53,074 bases of DNA from Coleofasciculus sp. B1-GNL1-01 (GTDB taxonomy: Bacteria; Cyanobacteriota; Cyanobacteriia; Cyanobacteriales; Coleofasciculaceae): assembly GCA_040220235.1 (NCBI GenBank), contig JAVJTO010000083.1, one strand, 5' to 3'. A program made the position numbers and the translations under genes. Below the pieces are notes generated by a model. The model ran no database searches. It was not told where the DNA came from and saw only the letters and a program-made list of their open reading frames with translations. Shown piece by piece: positions 9,057 through 19,501 of this stretch. Within the stretch, counting starts at the first letter, position 1; each line of letters starts with the position of its first letter.

Positions 9057-9197
9057 CCTAGTGCAGCTTGGGAACAATACTTGAGCAGCTTCGTAGATAC
9101 GATGAAGCAGGGGGAGCATGTAGAGACGTAGCATGCTACGTCTGGGAAGCTGGGGGAGATATTAGCTGTTCAGTTATTCCTGCCTTCTTGCACTAGG
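9057..9197. mobile_element. MITE-like element, CTAGTGCA...TGCACTAG family, with internal palindrome
   Basis: CCTAGTGCAG...CTTGCACTAGG; contains AGACGTAGCATGCTACGTCT. Confidence 0.65.
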
Positions 9198-9256
9198 GTA
9201 TCTGATTGAATACGCTGAATTAAGCCTTTTTAGCACTAAAGAATTTGAAACTAATT

Positions 9257-9481
9257 CTAATCTTCAACAATTTCAATTAATTTTGTTTTAGACGACAATC
9301 CTGATTTAATCTGAACTTGAGACTTGGTAACATTGAACTTTTCCGCCAATAGCTCAATTAACTCCTTATTCGCTTTCCCATCCACAGGCGGCGACTTCAG
9401 GTTCACTTTGAAAGTCCCATCCGCCATTTCTTCTATCAATTGCTTTTTAGAATTGGGTTTAACTTTCACCGTTTTTTTCAT
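9257..9481 (-). CDS. DUF167/YggU family protein
   Basis: VKVKPNSK...[16 protein letters not shown]...[13 protein letters not shown] at 9481. Confidence 0.88.
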   Translation of the reverse strand: MKKTVKVKPNSKKQLIEEMADGTFKVNLKSPPVDGKANKELIELLAEKFNVTKSQVQIKSGLSSKTKLIEIVED

Positions 9482-9630
9482 ATCCACCTGTAGGGGCAAC
9501 CCGCTTGCATTGGTGTTCACTTAAGCTCAAAAATCTTCAATACCTTGAGTTTATCCCCCCCCTAACCCTCCCCTTGCAAAGGGGAGGGAACTCAAATGGT
9601 TTTAGTCGGGAGGTTTATCCGAACGATGAA

Positions 9631-12600
9631 TTATGAATTCGGTGTCTGTTCTGGGAACATACATTTATCCGAATCACAACCCACGGGTCCAGCTTCCATT
9701 AATTCGCCAGCATCATATTTCTCCAAAGCCGAATAGAACTCAGAGACTTTTCGTCGCTGTTGTACCTCTTGCATCAATTGGTTGTATGTGGCTTTATCAA
9801 TCGGTTCAAAAGGCAAACGGGGGAAGGATTGATGGTCATCAAACCGCGCCAATAGCGCCGCTGAAATATACCCTTCATCATTCTGAATCGCTTGGTAAAT
9901 CCGCTCTCCTAAGGGTTCAACTTCATTGACGCGCAATTCCCAAGTGGACGAGGTATTGTGTGTCACATACCAGCGCTGAACTTGCATGGCAAAATCCATT
10001 TGAGCCAATGCCGAAAACTGACTGATATCAATTTCATCAGCACCGGGTAAATCTGCCCAGGATACAGCCACGGGAATTTCCACCAGCCATTCCGAACAGG
10101 CTTCAGCAAAGGGATCATTTAATAGATTCCCGTTTTCATCTTTATCAGATTGGGATGGCGTGACATTGTACCCGTATTCCAGACAAGCTAACGCCACCGG
10201 ATCATTCTTTCTGAATGTAATTCGGCGAATAAATCGCTGTGCCTTAGGAGGATGCCAACCCGGAGATGCGCCTGTGAGTAGCGATTTTGTTCCAGACGGT
10301 TGCACGGTTGTACAGCGATTGGGGTGTTTAATCCCATGCTTATCGCAATACTCCCACACCACCCGATGCACAATATCGCGCCACCGGGTTAAATAGGCTT
10401 TTTCTTGTTGCTTAAACTGTACACCTTGGTCAGTATCGGGACGCCCTTCTGCCCACCAGCGTAACCAGTCTACGCCAAAGGCTTTGACAAAGAAGTCAAA
10501 TAATCCGGTGAAAGATACGCCGACAATGGGGTCTAATTCCCGTGATTTTTGATATCGTTCCTCAACAAATTCATGGTTGAGCAAAATGGCAACGGAAAGC
10601 GCCCCCGCACTAAAGGCTTCCTCTTGTTCTTTCTCGTTATTCGGATCAATTTGATTTAGGTGAATTTCGGCTAAATTACAATGGAATACTGAGCCGATAA
10701 TTTCACCGCAATTGTGTGCCACAATGCCATTGGCATCGAAGCGAGAGACACCTGGAACGGTGCAATCGTAAACGGATTCGATACCAGTAGGAGAAACCGA
10801 CTCAACGGTGACAACAAAGCGTTCCCGGTTTAGCTGACGCTTGTATCCGTTGAGTAAATTATCCAACTTTTGCTGTTTTTCCGGCTGACGGAAACCCACG
10901 CGATCGCGGAACTCAATCAGATTGTCGTTAGCTATTACCAATTCGGGCTGATTTTGATCAACCGTAGAAACAATTCCTAGACGCAGCAGCATCCGCTGTA
11001 CGGCTTGAAGCAACTCAAGATTACTTTGGGCTAAACGCACGCTAATGCCTTTATTTTGCGTTCCTTGTACAGTACCATCAGCATTGAATAAGCCTTGTAA
11101 GAATCCCCGATAAAACTCATAGCTGGCTTGTTCAACTTCCGGCGTCACTATTTTTTGACCGCGATGAATATTGAACTGCGCGGCTAGTTTCGCTAACTCA
11201 CTTGACGCCACTTGCTGTAAATCCGGTTGGCGATCAGAATCACCCCCTAAATTTACAGTACAAACACCTTTGTTCTGAAGGGTTGCTACTTCAGACTCTG
11301 CCATTTTGACATGAGAGTCACCCCAGAATCGCACGATGGCTTGAGTTTCTGCTAGTGATCCGTTACCAACGAGACTCCCCAATAACCACCCTTGATCAAA
11401 GGTTCCCACACCTTGCCAAGGCTGAATTCCTCGGTGATTGTGCAAGCAGACGCGATCGCCTGGTTTCAATTCCTCAGCCGCTACCCATTCGGTATATTGA
11501 CGCTTTTGGGTTTGGGCGCTAACTCGCAAAAGTTGATGGTTTCCTGTCAAACGTAGGGAAACCCCCTCTTTTGTGGCTAGGGTGAAGACAGTGCGATCGC
11601 CCGTATAGAAAAAGCCATCGGCTGTTGTGCTAAACAGTTCCCCATTAACGTAAGTTCCATGTTGTTTCCCGATTAAATCGTTAACTTGGCGGGGACCAAA
11701 TTCCGTATGCACCCAAGTATCAGCCGTCACGCAGGGATTTAAGCCAAACCGCTGCAAACGATGTTCAATTTCATCGGGAGTCAAATTCGGATACTTTTCC
11801 TGTAACCAATGACGCGCATTTCCTTGTTCATAAGCTTGCAGAAACTCTTTTCTCAAGGCTGGAGTAGTTAGCAAATCACAACTTGCTCGTGCTACAGCTT
11901 CTCCCGCCCATTGAATCGCACCTTCACCAGAATAATATTGTTTGCGAACCGCTGCAATACATTCATCCAAGGTAGGTTTATGATGGAAAACACGGGAATG
12001 ATTTGCCATCCTCAACGCATCCCGTTCCGGATCAATTCGCCAGTTTCCATTTTCATCCTGTTGCCACAGGTTATCTTTAGCATTGATAAAGTTTTCATCA
12101 TTACTAATCCCTTGCCGCATACCTGCAGAACGACGCACGTTTCCGGCGACAACCACGACAGCGGCTTCGTCAATTAATAGACAGCATTCGACTGAATTTA
12201 ATTGCCGTCCCACGGCTTTATTTAAAATCGCCGCACATCGCTGATACAGTTCCGGTAATTTGATCGGATTCGCCACCCCACCAAAGCCTTTTAGGGATTC
12301 TCCAGCGGGACGGATATCACTCACATTAATGGATACCTGAACTTCACCAGAAAATTGTTCATCTGTGGATAATTCCAACAGACTTTGATAGGACTGAACC
12401 CACCCTTGACGGGAGTCTCCGACATAAATTTTTACCTGATTCCCATCAATTTTGACCTCGCTTTTTTCCCGGCGTTCCTCCGATGGCGTTGTGCCAATTT
12501 CACCCTCTAAAGTGACAGTCAGAGGATTACGAATTGGGGGTAACTGGTTGATGTATTGGGGTTCTAAAACCGCCCCTGTACCATTAAACTAAGCAACACC

Positions 12601-15600
12601 CTCACAAGTGCCACTCGTCTCCAGAACCGGACATGAGACTTTCACCTCATCCGGCTCCTCAGAAGACATACCCTTATCATGGGAGCTACCCAAAGACCCC
12701 TCAATTGCGGTCTTTTTATCATGGCAATGTCTATGCAATGCTTGAAGGTTCGAGAGTTTTCTCTTACCACCTTTGCTAGTTGGGATAATGTGGTCAAGCT
12801 CAATGCGGTCTTCAGTTGTGAACGTCTGTCCGCAAGCAGCACATTTACCCTTCTGCTTACGCAAAGTCTTAGCTAGAGTTGATGGTATATCTTTACTCTT
12901 ACCTGTTCTTGTACCCCAGTAGATGAAATCTCCATTGTAAGGAGATACATTCCCTTTAACCTTTGTATGGCGCACGATCTTAGTCCAAGCGTGTTTCGGT
13001 AGTATGTAGCTTTCATCATTATCAGGGTTGATATAGGCAAAAACCCATTTATTCCCATTAACTGTTCTCCAATATTTGTCAACCGTCCACTTTGACCCTT
13101 TATTTGGGTGTCTAGACCGCCCCCATGCTAAGAGTTTCTTAACAATCAAATGGTCTAGTTGGGTATAGGTTTCCTTAGAACATACTGTTGAATAGTAGTT
13201 AGCCCAACCTTGGATGACAGGAATGAGCTTTCTAATCAACGCTTTTTGCGGAGCAGCTTTATGGGAATCGATGATATCCGCAACTACCTGGTAGTGTCTC
13301 CTAACAGCTTCTGAGCTTGGTTGAATAATTGTTTGAAATCCCAAGATTTTTCCTGACCTCGGTGCTTTGGCACTGATTCCGTCATTCACGGGGAATTGCC
13401 GAATATTGAATCCTAGAAAATCGAATCCAGGTTTCTTGCCCTCGTATTCATTCAAGGTATGGCAAATCTTGGTTGTCCTTGGTTTTAATTCCAAACCAAT
13501 CTCTGCCAAGAATTCCTCAATCACTGTTTTAGTTTTTAGGACAACATTGACATCTTCATGAAGAATCACAAAGTCGTCTGCGTACCGAATTAGGCTTAGA
13601 GCCTTACGATTCTGTTTCTTGCCATGATTTCTGCGCGTTGGCAATGTATCAGCCAAGTCCTTAATCGCATTTTCTAGCCCATGTAGAGCAATATTTGCCA
13701 ATAGGGGAGAGATCACCCCACCTTGAGGTGTGCCTGCTCCGGTTTCAAATAAATCCTTACCCTCTACAAAACCAGCTTTCAGCCAATCCCGAAGCATTCT
13801 TCTCATAGAAGGATAGGTATTTATTTTATTCAGTAGCATTTGATGGTCAATGTTGTCGAAACACTTGGATATATCTGCATCAAGGACAAATTTACTCTTG
13901 CCGTGAATCGCTAAGTAGATTGCCTCAATTGCGTCATGTGCTGACCGTCCTGGTCTGAATCCGTAACTATTCTGTTCAAATTTGGCTTCCCATTCCGGTT
14001 CTAGAGCTAACTTGGCTAACGCTTGGTTGGCTCGGTCAGCCATTGTGGGAATACCCAGAGGTTTTTTCTTGTCTGTCCCAGGCTTTAGAATCCAGATTCT
14101 TCGAGTTGGTTTAACCTTCCTGGTTGTACCTAGTTCTTGGGCTAGTTTCAGACGTTCTACAGCGTTGAGGGATTTAACCCCATCCACACCAGCCGTCCTC
14201 TTTGCTTGATTATCTTGAGTTACGCTTCGTGTCGCCAGAAGTTTGGCGTACCAGGATCTCATCAAGGTTTTCTGGAGTCGTCGCATTGCGTTGACATCCC
14301 CACGTTGAGCAGCTTTATGAATGCGCTTTTGCAACTTGAACACCATCCGCTGGACTTTACTCCAGTTGATTTCGTTCCATACCACCGTAGTCTTTAAACT
14401 CGTTTTAGTCTTATCCATTGCTACTTGTACCTTCATACATCTGTCTTCCGTGAGTCTGTCAGCTTATCCTACGCATTACCGTAGGCATTTGCTTCTGACT
14501 CAATCTCGCCTCGTAGTCCATCCGGTTAGCACCTACTCAGTTATCGACCTTTCTGAGAGAAACTACGAGGTTACTTCGTTCCTGATAGTCATTGGTTGAG
14601 AATTTAGGATTCCTTCTGTCCACCGGGGCTTTGAGTGGTGCTGGCTAAAACGGTTGCAGTTCAAGCCACTCTACCCTTGCCTTTTGGCATAGCCTGTTAG
14701 TCCACTAGGCTATTTTTCATGATCACGATGGTTCAAATGAAGGTTCGCTTTCGCTAACCATATTCTCTTGCTAGTCGGAGTCGGATTCTGGACTAAATCC
14801 TTACCGCCGTTCATTCCCGCTTCACGGATTGATGGCTAGTCGCTACCGTGGGGAAAGTGCTTTCACTCCCGCACCTGGAAGGGTTGGACTTCATTGACGT
14901 TTAGAAATTTATGCCTTAAGCCGCTATTCTCGGTCAATGTCACCAACATGACTATCAAGTTGTCAAGGTTCGGTAATCCGTACAAACGTTTGTAACGGAT
15001 TGTCAATAACCTTGCGAACTATCCCAATGCTTAAATCGGCTAGAAGCCTTTATTTAAGCAAGTTTCAGTCCAACGAATCGCACGCATCCCATCATCGCTA
15101 AGTCCATCATTAAGCCAAAGGCACGCCAGTCTACCACATTCGTAGACGTACAATTATATGCGCCGGAGAAATTTTCCGGATTTTCCAGCCAATTTGTATT
15201 ACCCTAAGCCACACCATCGCTGGTCTGACTCGGCTTCAGAACCGTGCTTGAGACTTTCACCTCACACGGCTCCTCAATGACTCGGCTCTTGTCATGAGTA
15301 CGCTCGTTTCGAGTTTTGACGATATGGCAGTGTTTGTGAAGGAGTTGGTAATTGCTGTATGTGTCCTTTCCACCTTTATGTTTAGGTGTTTTATGGTCAA
15401 CTTCTATTACATCTCCATCACGGAAATAGGTTTCGCATTGACCACACTTGCCTTTCTGCTTCTTCAGCAGTTTGGTGACTCTTACTGGTAATTCGACACT
15501 TTTACCCATTCGAGTTGCCCAATATAGGTCATTTCCGTCGTAAGGGCTGGCTTTTCCTTTAACCTTGGTATGCTTCTGGATGTGCAAATCAGAATGGTAA

Positions 15601-17985
15601 GACAAATATAAGTCTTTCCCTTCTGTGATTGCTCTGAAGCACCAAGAGGTCTTTCCTTTAGTGCCGAAGTATTTCTCAATCCACCGTTTTGTTGATTTGT
15701 GAAAATGTCGTGCTTTTGCCCAGGCAATTAGTTTAAGAGTTAGAAGGTGGTCTAACTTCTTGAACACCTTAGCACTGTTTACTTTGGAGTAGTAATTACT
15801 CCATCCTGTGATCATCGGGTTCAGTCGTTTGATTAATCCTATCTGTGATTGACTAGACTTGGATGTTTCAATCAGATGACTGAGTTGATCGTAATGTGCT
15901 TTGATTGCCGTCTTACTGGGCTTTATATAGGTTTTGTAACCTAATGGGTTGCCATGGGTGTTCTTGCCTGTGTTGTGTTTACCAACTGAATATTGCCGTA
16001 TGTTGAATCCGAGGAAGTCGAATCCTGGCTCTTGTTTATCCAATTGCTTGAGGGTGTGGGCAATCCGGGTCTTTTCAGGTTTGAGTTCTAGACCCATTTC
16101 CTTCAAGAAGTTCTCTATATGAACTTTTACCCTTTGAATCACGTCTAAGTCAGGGTGCAGGATGACAAAATCATCTGCATATCTAACCAACGTGATTGCT
16201 TTTTCGTTATTTGCTTTTTTCCCTGGCAGAGAACGTGCATAAGCCTTTACTACTTCTTCCATACCATGTAAGGCGATGTTTGCCAGTAGGGGTGATAGTA
16301 CTCCCGTTGGCGGTGTGCCTTCCTGGGTAGGGAACCATTTTCCTCCTGCTAATAGTCCAGATTTCAGCCATGCTTTAATCTGTTTTCTTAGTTTGGGAAA
16401 CGTCCCTATTTTATCAAGCAACACCTGATGATTGATTTTGTCAAAGCATTGAGCAATATCGGCATCAAGGACGTACTTATCTTTTTGCTTGATTGCTACT
16501 TTGATTCCTTCAATGGCATCCATGCAGCATCGCCCTGGTCTGAAACCATAGCTATTTGGCTCAAATTTGGCTTCCCATTCGGGTTCCATTGCCATTTTCA
16601 CTAATGCTTGCTTTGCCCGTTCATTTATCGTTGGAATTCCCAAAGGACGTTTTTCATCTTTTCCTGGTTTTGGAATCCTAATACGACGTGTCGCTGGAGA
16701 TTTCCGATCCAGGTTGAGTTGATCGACTAAATCCAGGCGTTCTATGGGAGTGATAGCCACTTTCCCATCTATTCCCGGTGTTAGCTTTCCTTGGTTATCC
16801 TGAGTTACCTTGCGGACTGCAAGCATTTTGGCAGACCAAGAATTCAGTAGAGTCTTTTGCAGCCTGCGGACTGCCTTCACATCTCCCCGATTAGAGGCTC
16901 GATAGATTCTCTTTTGCAACTTTAGCACTCGTCTTTCCAGCTTCCGCCAGTTGACGTTTGCCCATTCCACCATCGGATTTTTCCGTGTTTTAGACGTTTC
17001 CATTGCTACTCAAAACTCCATCTTCCAAGTCATCGGGAGTCTGTCGGCTTATCCATACCCATTACAGGTAGGTATTTGCTTCTGACTCCATCTCTTCTCT
17101 ACATCGCTTGCGGATTGGCTCCTACTCTTGTTTCGACCTGCCAAGAGAGCATATATAGAGATTACTTCGTTCCAGATAATCTTTGGTTTGAGTGTTTAGG
17201 GCGGATACTACTCAGCCGGAGGAAAGAGGGCGCGACCTTAAAGGCGGTATTTTCAGGCTCTTGTGTTCCTCATTGTCATTTTGACCGCAGCGTATCAACC
17301 GTTCTTTTCGCTACTTACTGGGTTACGACTGTTCAAACGTACCTTCACTTTCGTTACCCATGCACTCTTGCTTGCTGGGATTCACCGCACGGTTTGGTGT
17401 TACCAGCGTTTATCCCCGCTTCAACCTTTGAGAACCAGTCGCCAGTTGAGGGATATGCTTTCACTCCCACGCTTGGAGGGTAGGACTTTCCTGGACTATT
17501 TGGACGTTCATTCCTTGCCTTGAACAATTGTTTTATGACTGTGAGGCTCCAGTCTATCCAGAATCACCTACAAGATTATCTAGTTATCCAGGTTCGGTTA
17601 TCACTACTTGCTTGTTCGGTAATCCGATTTCAGCTTTTGTAATAAAATTTCAAAACCTGCCCGGTCATCTCCTGAGGGTGGATTGGCTGAAAGCCTTTCC
17701 TCGTCTCAGTTTCGACCTAACGAATCACACGCCGCCGACCCACAACCAGCGCCCTGAGGGTAAACTTTTAATCTGGTGCATCATCCGTTCCAGCAGGGCG
17801 GTTTCTGCTGGAGTTAGCTTACCCAGTTTGCTTAAGCCTTGGATCGTGCGATCGCACACCTCCTTCCACGTCTCTCTACCCTTGGCTGTGCGGCGGCTGT
17901 AGGTTCTGAAAAACACTGGATTTGCCGTCGCTGCCGTTTCTGGAAAATCGCCATTGATGCGTTCCCGTTCAAGCTCTCTTACCAT
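9631..17985 (-). CDS. nrdJ: Adenosylcobalamin-dependent (class II) ribonucleotide reductase; join of exons 17731-17985, 15084-15197 and 9631-12582; 1106-aa precursor, about 765 aa after intein removal
   Basis: Spliced reading is continuous: PSGRWLWVGG|TNWLENPENFSGAYNCTS...LAMMGC|GTGAVLE...VAGNVRRSA...NP(intein)CGEI...CNLAE...TTVQPSGT...C-terminal CDSDKC. Confidence 0.95.
10711..11733 (-). mobile_element. Intein (341 aa) with LAGLIDADG-type endonuclease region, in NrdJ
   Basis: Begins CVTADTWV after NP; block B LTGNHQL; ends VYDCTV...ANGIVAHN before CGE; motifs GWLLGSLVGNG and GFLQGLFNADG. Confidence 0.93.
12583..15083 (-). mobile_element. Group II intron 2 of nrdJ (2501 nt)
   Basis: 5' end GTGCGATTCG; domain V GAGCCGGATGAGGTGAAAGTCTCATGTCCGGTTC; 3' end TAGTTTAAT; removal restores the nrdJ frame. 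Confidence 0.95.
12589..14418 (-). CDS. ltrA: Group II intron reverse transcriptase/maturase with HNH domain
   Basis: PLGIP, SYGFRPGRS, DADISKCFD, TPQGG, RYADD, CAAC...HIIP...HCH. Start placed at 14418 by analogy with the other intron protein. Confidence 0.93.
   Translation of the reverse strand: MDKTKTSLKTTVVWNEINWSKVQRMVFKLQKRIHKAAQRGDVNAMRRLQKTLMRSWYAKLLATRSVTQDNQAKRTAGVDGVKSLNAVERLKLAQELGTTRKVKPTRRIWILKPGTDKKKPLGIPTMADRANQALAKLALEPEWEAKFEQNSYGFRPGRSAHDAIEAIYLAIHGKSKFVLDADISKCFDNIDHQMLLNKINTYPSMRRMLRDWLKAGFVEGKDLFETGAGTPQGGVISPLLANIALHGLENAIKDLADTLPTRRNHGKKQNRKALSLIRYADDFVILHEDVNVVLKTKTVIEEFLAEIGLELKPRTTKICHTLNEYEGKKPGFDFLGFNIRQFPVNDGISAKAPRSGKILGFQTIIQPSSEAVRRHYQVVADIIDSHKAAPQKALIRKLIPVIQGWANYYSTVCSKETYTQLDHLIVKKLLAWGRSRHPNKGSKWTVDKYWRTVNGNKWVFAYINPDNDESYILPKHAWTKIVRHTKVKGNVSPYNGDFIYWGTRTGKSKDIPSTLAKTLRKQKGKCAACGQTFTTEDRIELDHIIPTSKGGKRKLSNLQALHRHCHDKKTAIEGSLGSSHDKGMSSEEPDEVKVSCPVLETSGTCEGVA
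15198..17730 (-). mobile_element. Group II intron 1 of nrdJ (2533 nt)
   Basis: 5' end GTGTGATTCG; domain V GAGCCGTGTGAGGTGAAAGTCTCAAGCACGGTTC; 3' end TAGGGTAAT; removal restores the frame. Confidence 0.95.
15204..17003 (-). CDS. ltrA: Group II intron reverse transcriptase/maturase with HNH domain
   Basis: RPLGIP, SYGFRPGR, DADIAQCFD, RYADD, CGQC...HCH; the PQGG motif is altered to PPTG. Confidence 0.93.
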   Translation of the reverse strand: METSKTRKNPMVEWANVNWRKLERRVLKLQKRIYRASNRGDVKAVRRLQKTLLNSWSAKMLAVRKVTQDNQGKLTPGIDGKVAITPIERLDLVDQLNLDRKSPATRRIRIPKPGKDEKRPLGIPTINERAKQALVKMAMEPEWEAKFEPNSYGFRPGRCCMDAIEGIKVAIKQKDKYVLDADIAQCFDKINHQVLLDKIGTFPKLRKQIKAWLKSGLLAGGKWFPTQEGTPPTGVLSPLLANIALHGMEEVVKAYARSLPGKKANNEKAITLVRYADDFVILHPDLDVIQRVKVHIENFLKEMGLELKPEKTRIAHTLKQLDKQEPGFDFLGFNIRQYSVGKHNTGKNTHGNPLGYKTYIKPSKTAIKAHYDQLSHLIETSKSSQSQIGLIKRLNPMITGWSNYYSKVNSAKVFKKLDHLLTLKLIAWAKARHFHKSTKRWIEKYFGTKGKTSWCFRAITEGKDLYLSYHSDLHIQKHTKVKGKASPYDGNDLYWATRMGKSVELPVRVTKLLKKQKGKCGQCETYFRDGDVIEVDHKTPKHKGGKDTYSNYQLLHKHCHIVKTRNERTHDKSRVIEEPCEVKVSSTVLKPSQTSDGVA

Positions 17986-18020
17986 CGTGATAATCTGCTG
18001 TTAATTTCCGCTAAACCTAG

Positions 18021-18087
18021 ACTATAGGTCATGTCAGATATAGCGTCAAAGCTTGAAAAAATTAGAAGTTTGCGCTATGTGTAGTAG
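18021..18087 (-). promoter_or_regulatory. Putative nrdJ promoter (-10 TATAGT) with two NrdR-box-like sites
   Basis: Minus-strand TATAGT at 18021-18026. ACGCTATATCTGACAT (18031-18046, minus) and GCGCTATGTGTAGTAG (18072-18087) resemble acaCwAtATaTwGtg and are 41 bp apart. Confidence 0.45.
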
Positions 18088-18268
18088 GTCTGGGAAGTTT
18101 TGAGTTTTGAGCCTTCGCTTCGCTCAAGGGATATAGTTTGTAGGGGCGGGTTTAGGGACAAACATGAATTGTTTTACCTAACTTTTTTGGCAAAACCCGC
18201 CCTTATTCAATTTTGAGTGAACTTCCCCATCTCTCCATCTCCCCATCACCCCATCTCCCCCATCTTCC

Positions 18269-19216
18269 TCAAAAACCGCGAGTCACCTGATCCAACTGTT
18301 CCACCTCACTCGGATTTAAACTCCACCCCAACGCCCCGGCATTTTGTTGGGCTTGCTGGGCTGTTTTCGCCCCTGGAATTGGCACGACGCCTTGGGCAAT
18401 TAACCAATTTAACGCCACCTGTGCAGGCGTGCGATCGTATTTTTCCCCCAATTGACGCAACAGCTTAATCACAGGGGCTATCTTCTCTAACCCCCCTTTG
18501 CTAAAACGCGGATCAAGACTACGCGCCCCCGTGGGTTTGACGTAATTTTCTGGGGTGTACTTCCCGGTTAATAATCCTTGGGCTAGAGGACTATACGCCA
18601 AAATCGTCACCCCCAACTCCCGCGCCGTATCCAGAATCCCATTCCGTTCAATTTTCCGCGCCAGGAGGGAATATTGCACCTGATTCACCGCCAAGGGAAT
18701 TCCTCTAGCGGCTAGATAACCGTGCGCCTCCCGCATTTGTTCAGCGGAGTAATTACTCACCCCCACGCTGGCAATTCTCCCCCGCTGCACTTCATCCGCC
18801 AGGGCATTCATTAGGGTTTCTTGACCCATGAAGAAGCTGAAGGGAGAATGCACTTGATACAGTTCGATTTGCTCAACCTGTAACCGTTTTAAGCTAGCCG
18901 TTAAAGCGTCAGACACGGACTGTGATGTAAACCGCCAGGGAACCGGGAAATATTTTGTGGCAATCTGGGCTGGACGTCCGAATTCTTTCATAAACCGTCC
19001 CAACAGTGACTCGGATTCTCCTAATCCGTACACCTCCGCCGTGTCAAAAAAGCTGACTCCCGCATCTAAGGTAGCAGCAAAGGCGTCTCGTACCTGAGAT
19101 ACTCCATAATCTTTGCCATAGCCCCAAAACAGCGTATCGCCCCACGCCCAAGTGCCAATGCCGACGCTGGTTAGGGTGGGACCATTTTCAGCCAAGGTGG
19201 TTGTCTGTATTGTCAT
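18269..19216 (-). CDS. Aldo/keto reductase
   Basis: GIGTWAWG, FDTAEVYG, ATK, LYQVH, VGVSNY, AYSPLAQG, PIPGAK. Confidence 0.92.
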   Translation of the reverse strand: MTIQTTTLAENGPTLTSVGIGTWAWGDTLFWGYGKDYGVSQVRDAFAATLDAGVSFFDTAEVYGLGESESLLGRFMKEFGRPAQIATKYFPVPWRFTSQSVSDALTASLKRLQVEQIELYQVHSPFSFFMGQETLMNALADEVQRGRIASVGVSNYSAEQMREAHGYLAARGIPLAVNQVQYSLLARKIERNGILDTARELGVTILAYSPLAQGLLTGKYTPENYVKPTGARSLDPRFSKGGLEKIAPVIKLLRQLGEKYDRTPAQVALNWLIAQGVVPIPGAKTAQQAQQNAGALGWSLNPSEVEQLDQVTRGF

Positions 19217-19501
19217 TCCCTGCGCTCCGATTTCGTTACATTTCTTAATGTTTATTGTATCGGGTTTTGCTGGTGGCGACTCTCAGGATAGGACAGGTAT
19301 CATCTGAGATTGGGGATGGTGTGTTTAACCCAGAGGGCGCAGAGGCATGGTTTAGTCAAAGTTAGTTTCAAAATCCCCTGAGTAGATGACGCAATCGGGG
19401 GCTTTCGGAAAGCATAACCGTTTAAAAATTGCTATCTGTGTCTACCTAAGTTAAGGTGGATTTATCACAATACTTACAGACTGCTTATTATTTTATGTAT
19501 C

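Noticed and set aside
12589..17003. Two adjacent RTs as a retron, DGR or defence RT system, or as a twintron
   Set aside because: Both have group II intron ends and domain V, and a real nrdJ exon separates them, so they are tandem introns and not nested.
17076..17902. Plus-strand ORFs of 86-135 aa
   Set aside because: They are antisense to the intron 1 ribozyme domains and nrdJ exon 1 and have no protein motifs.
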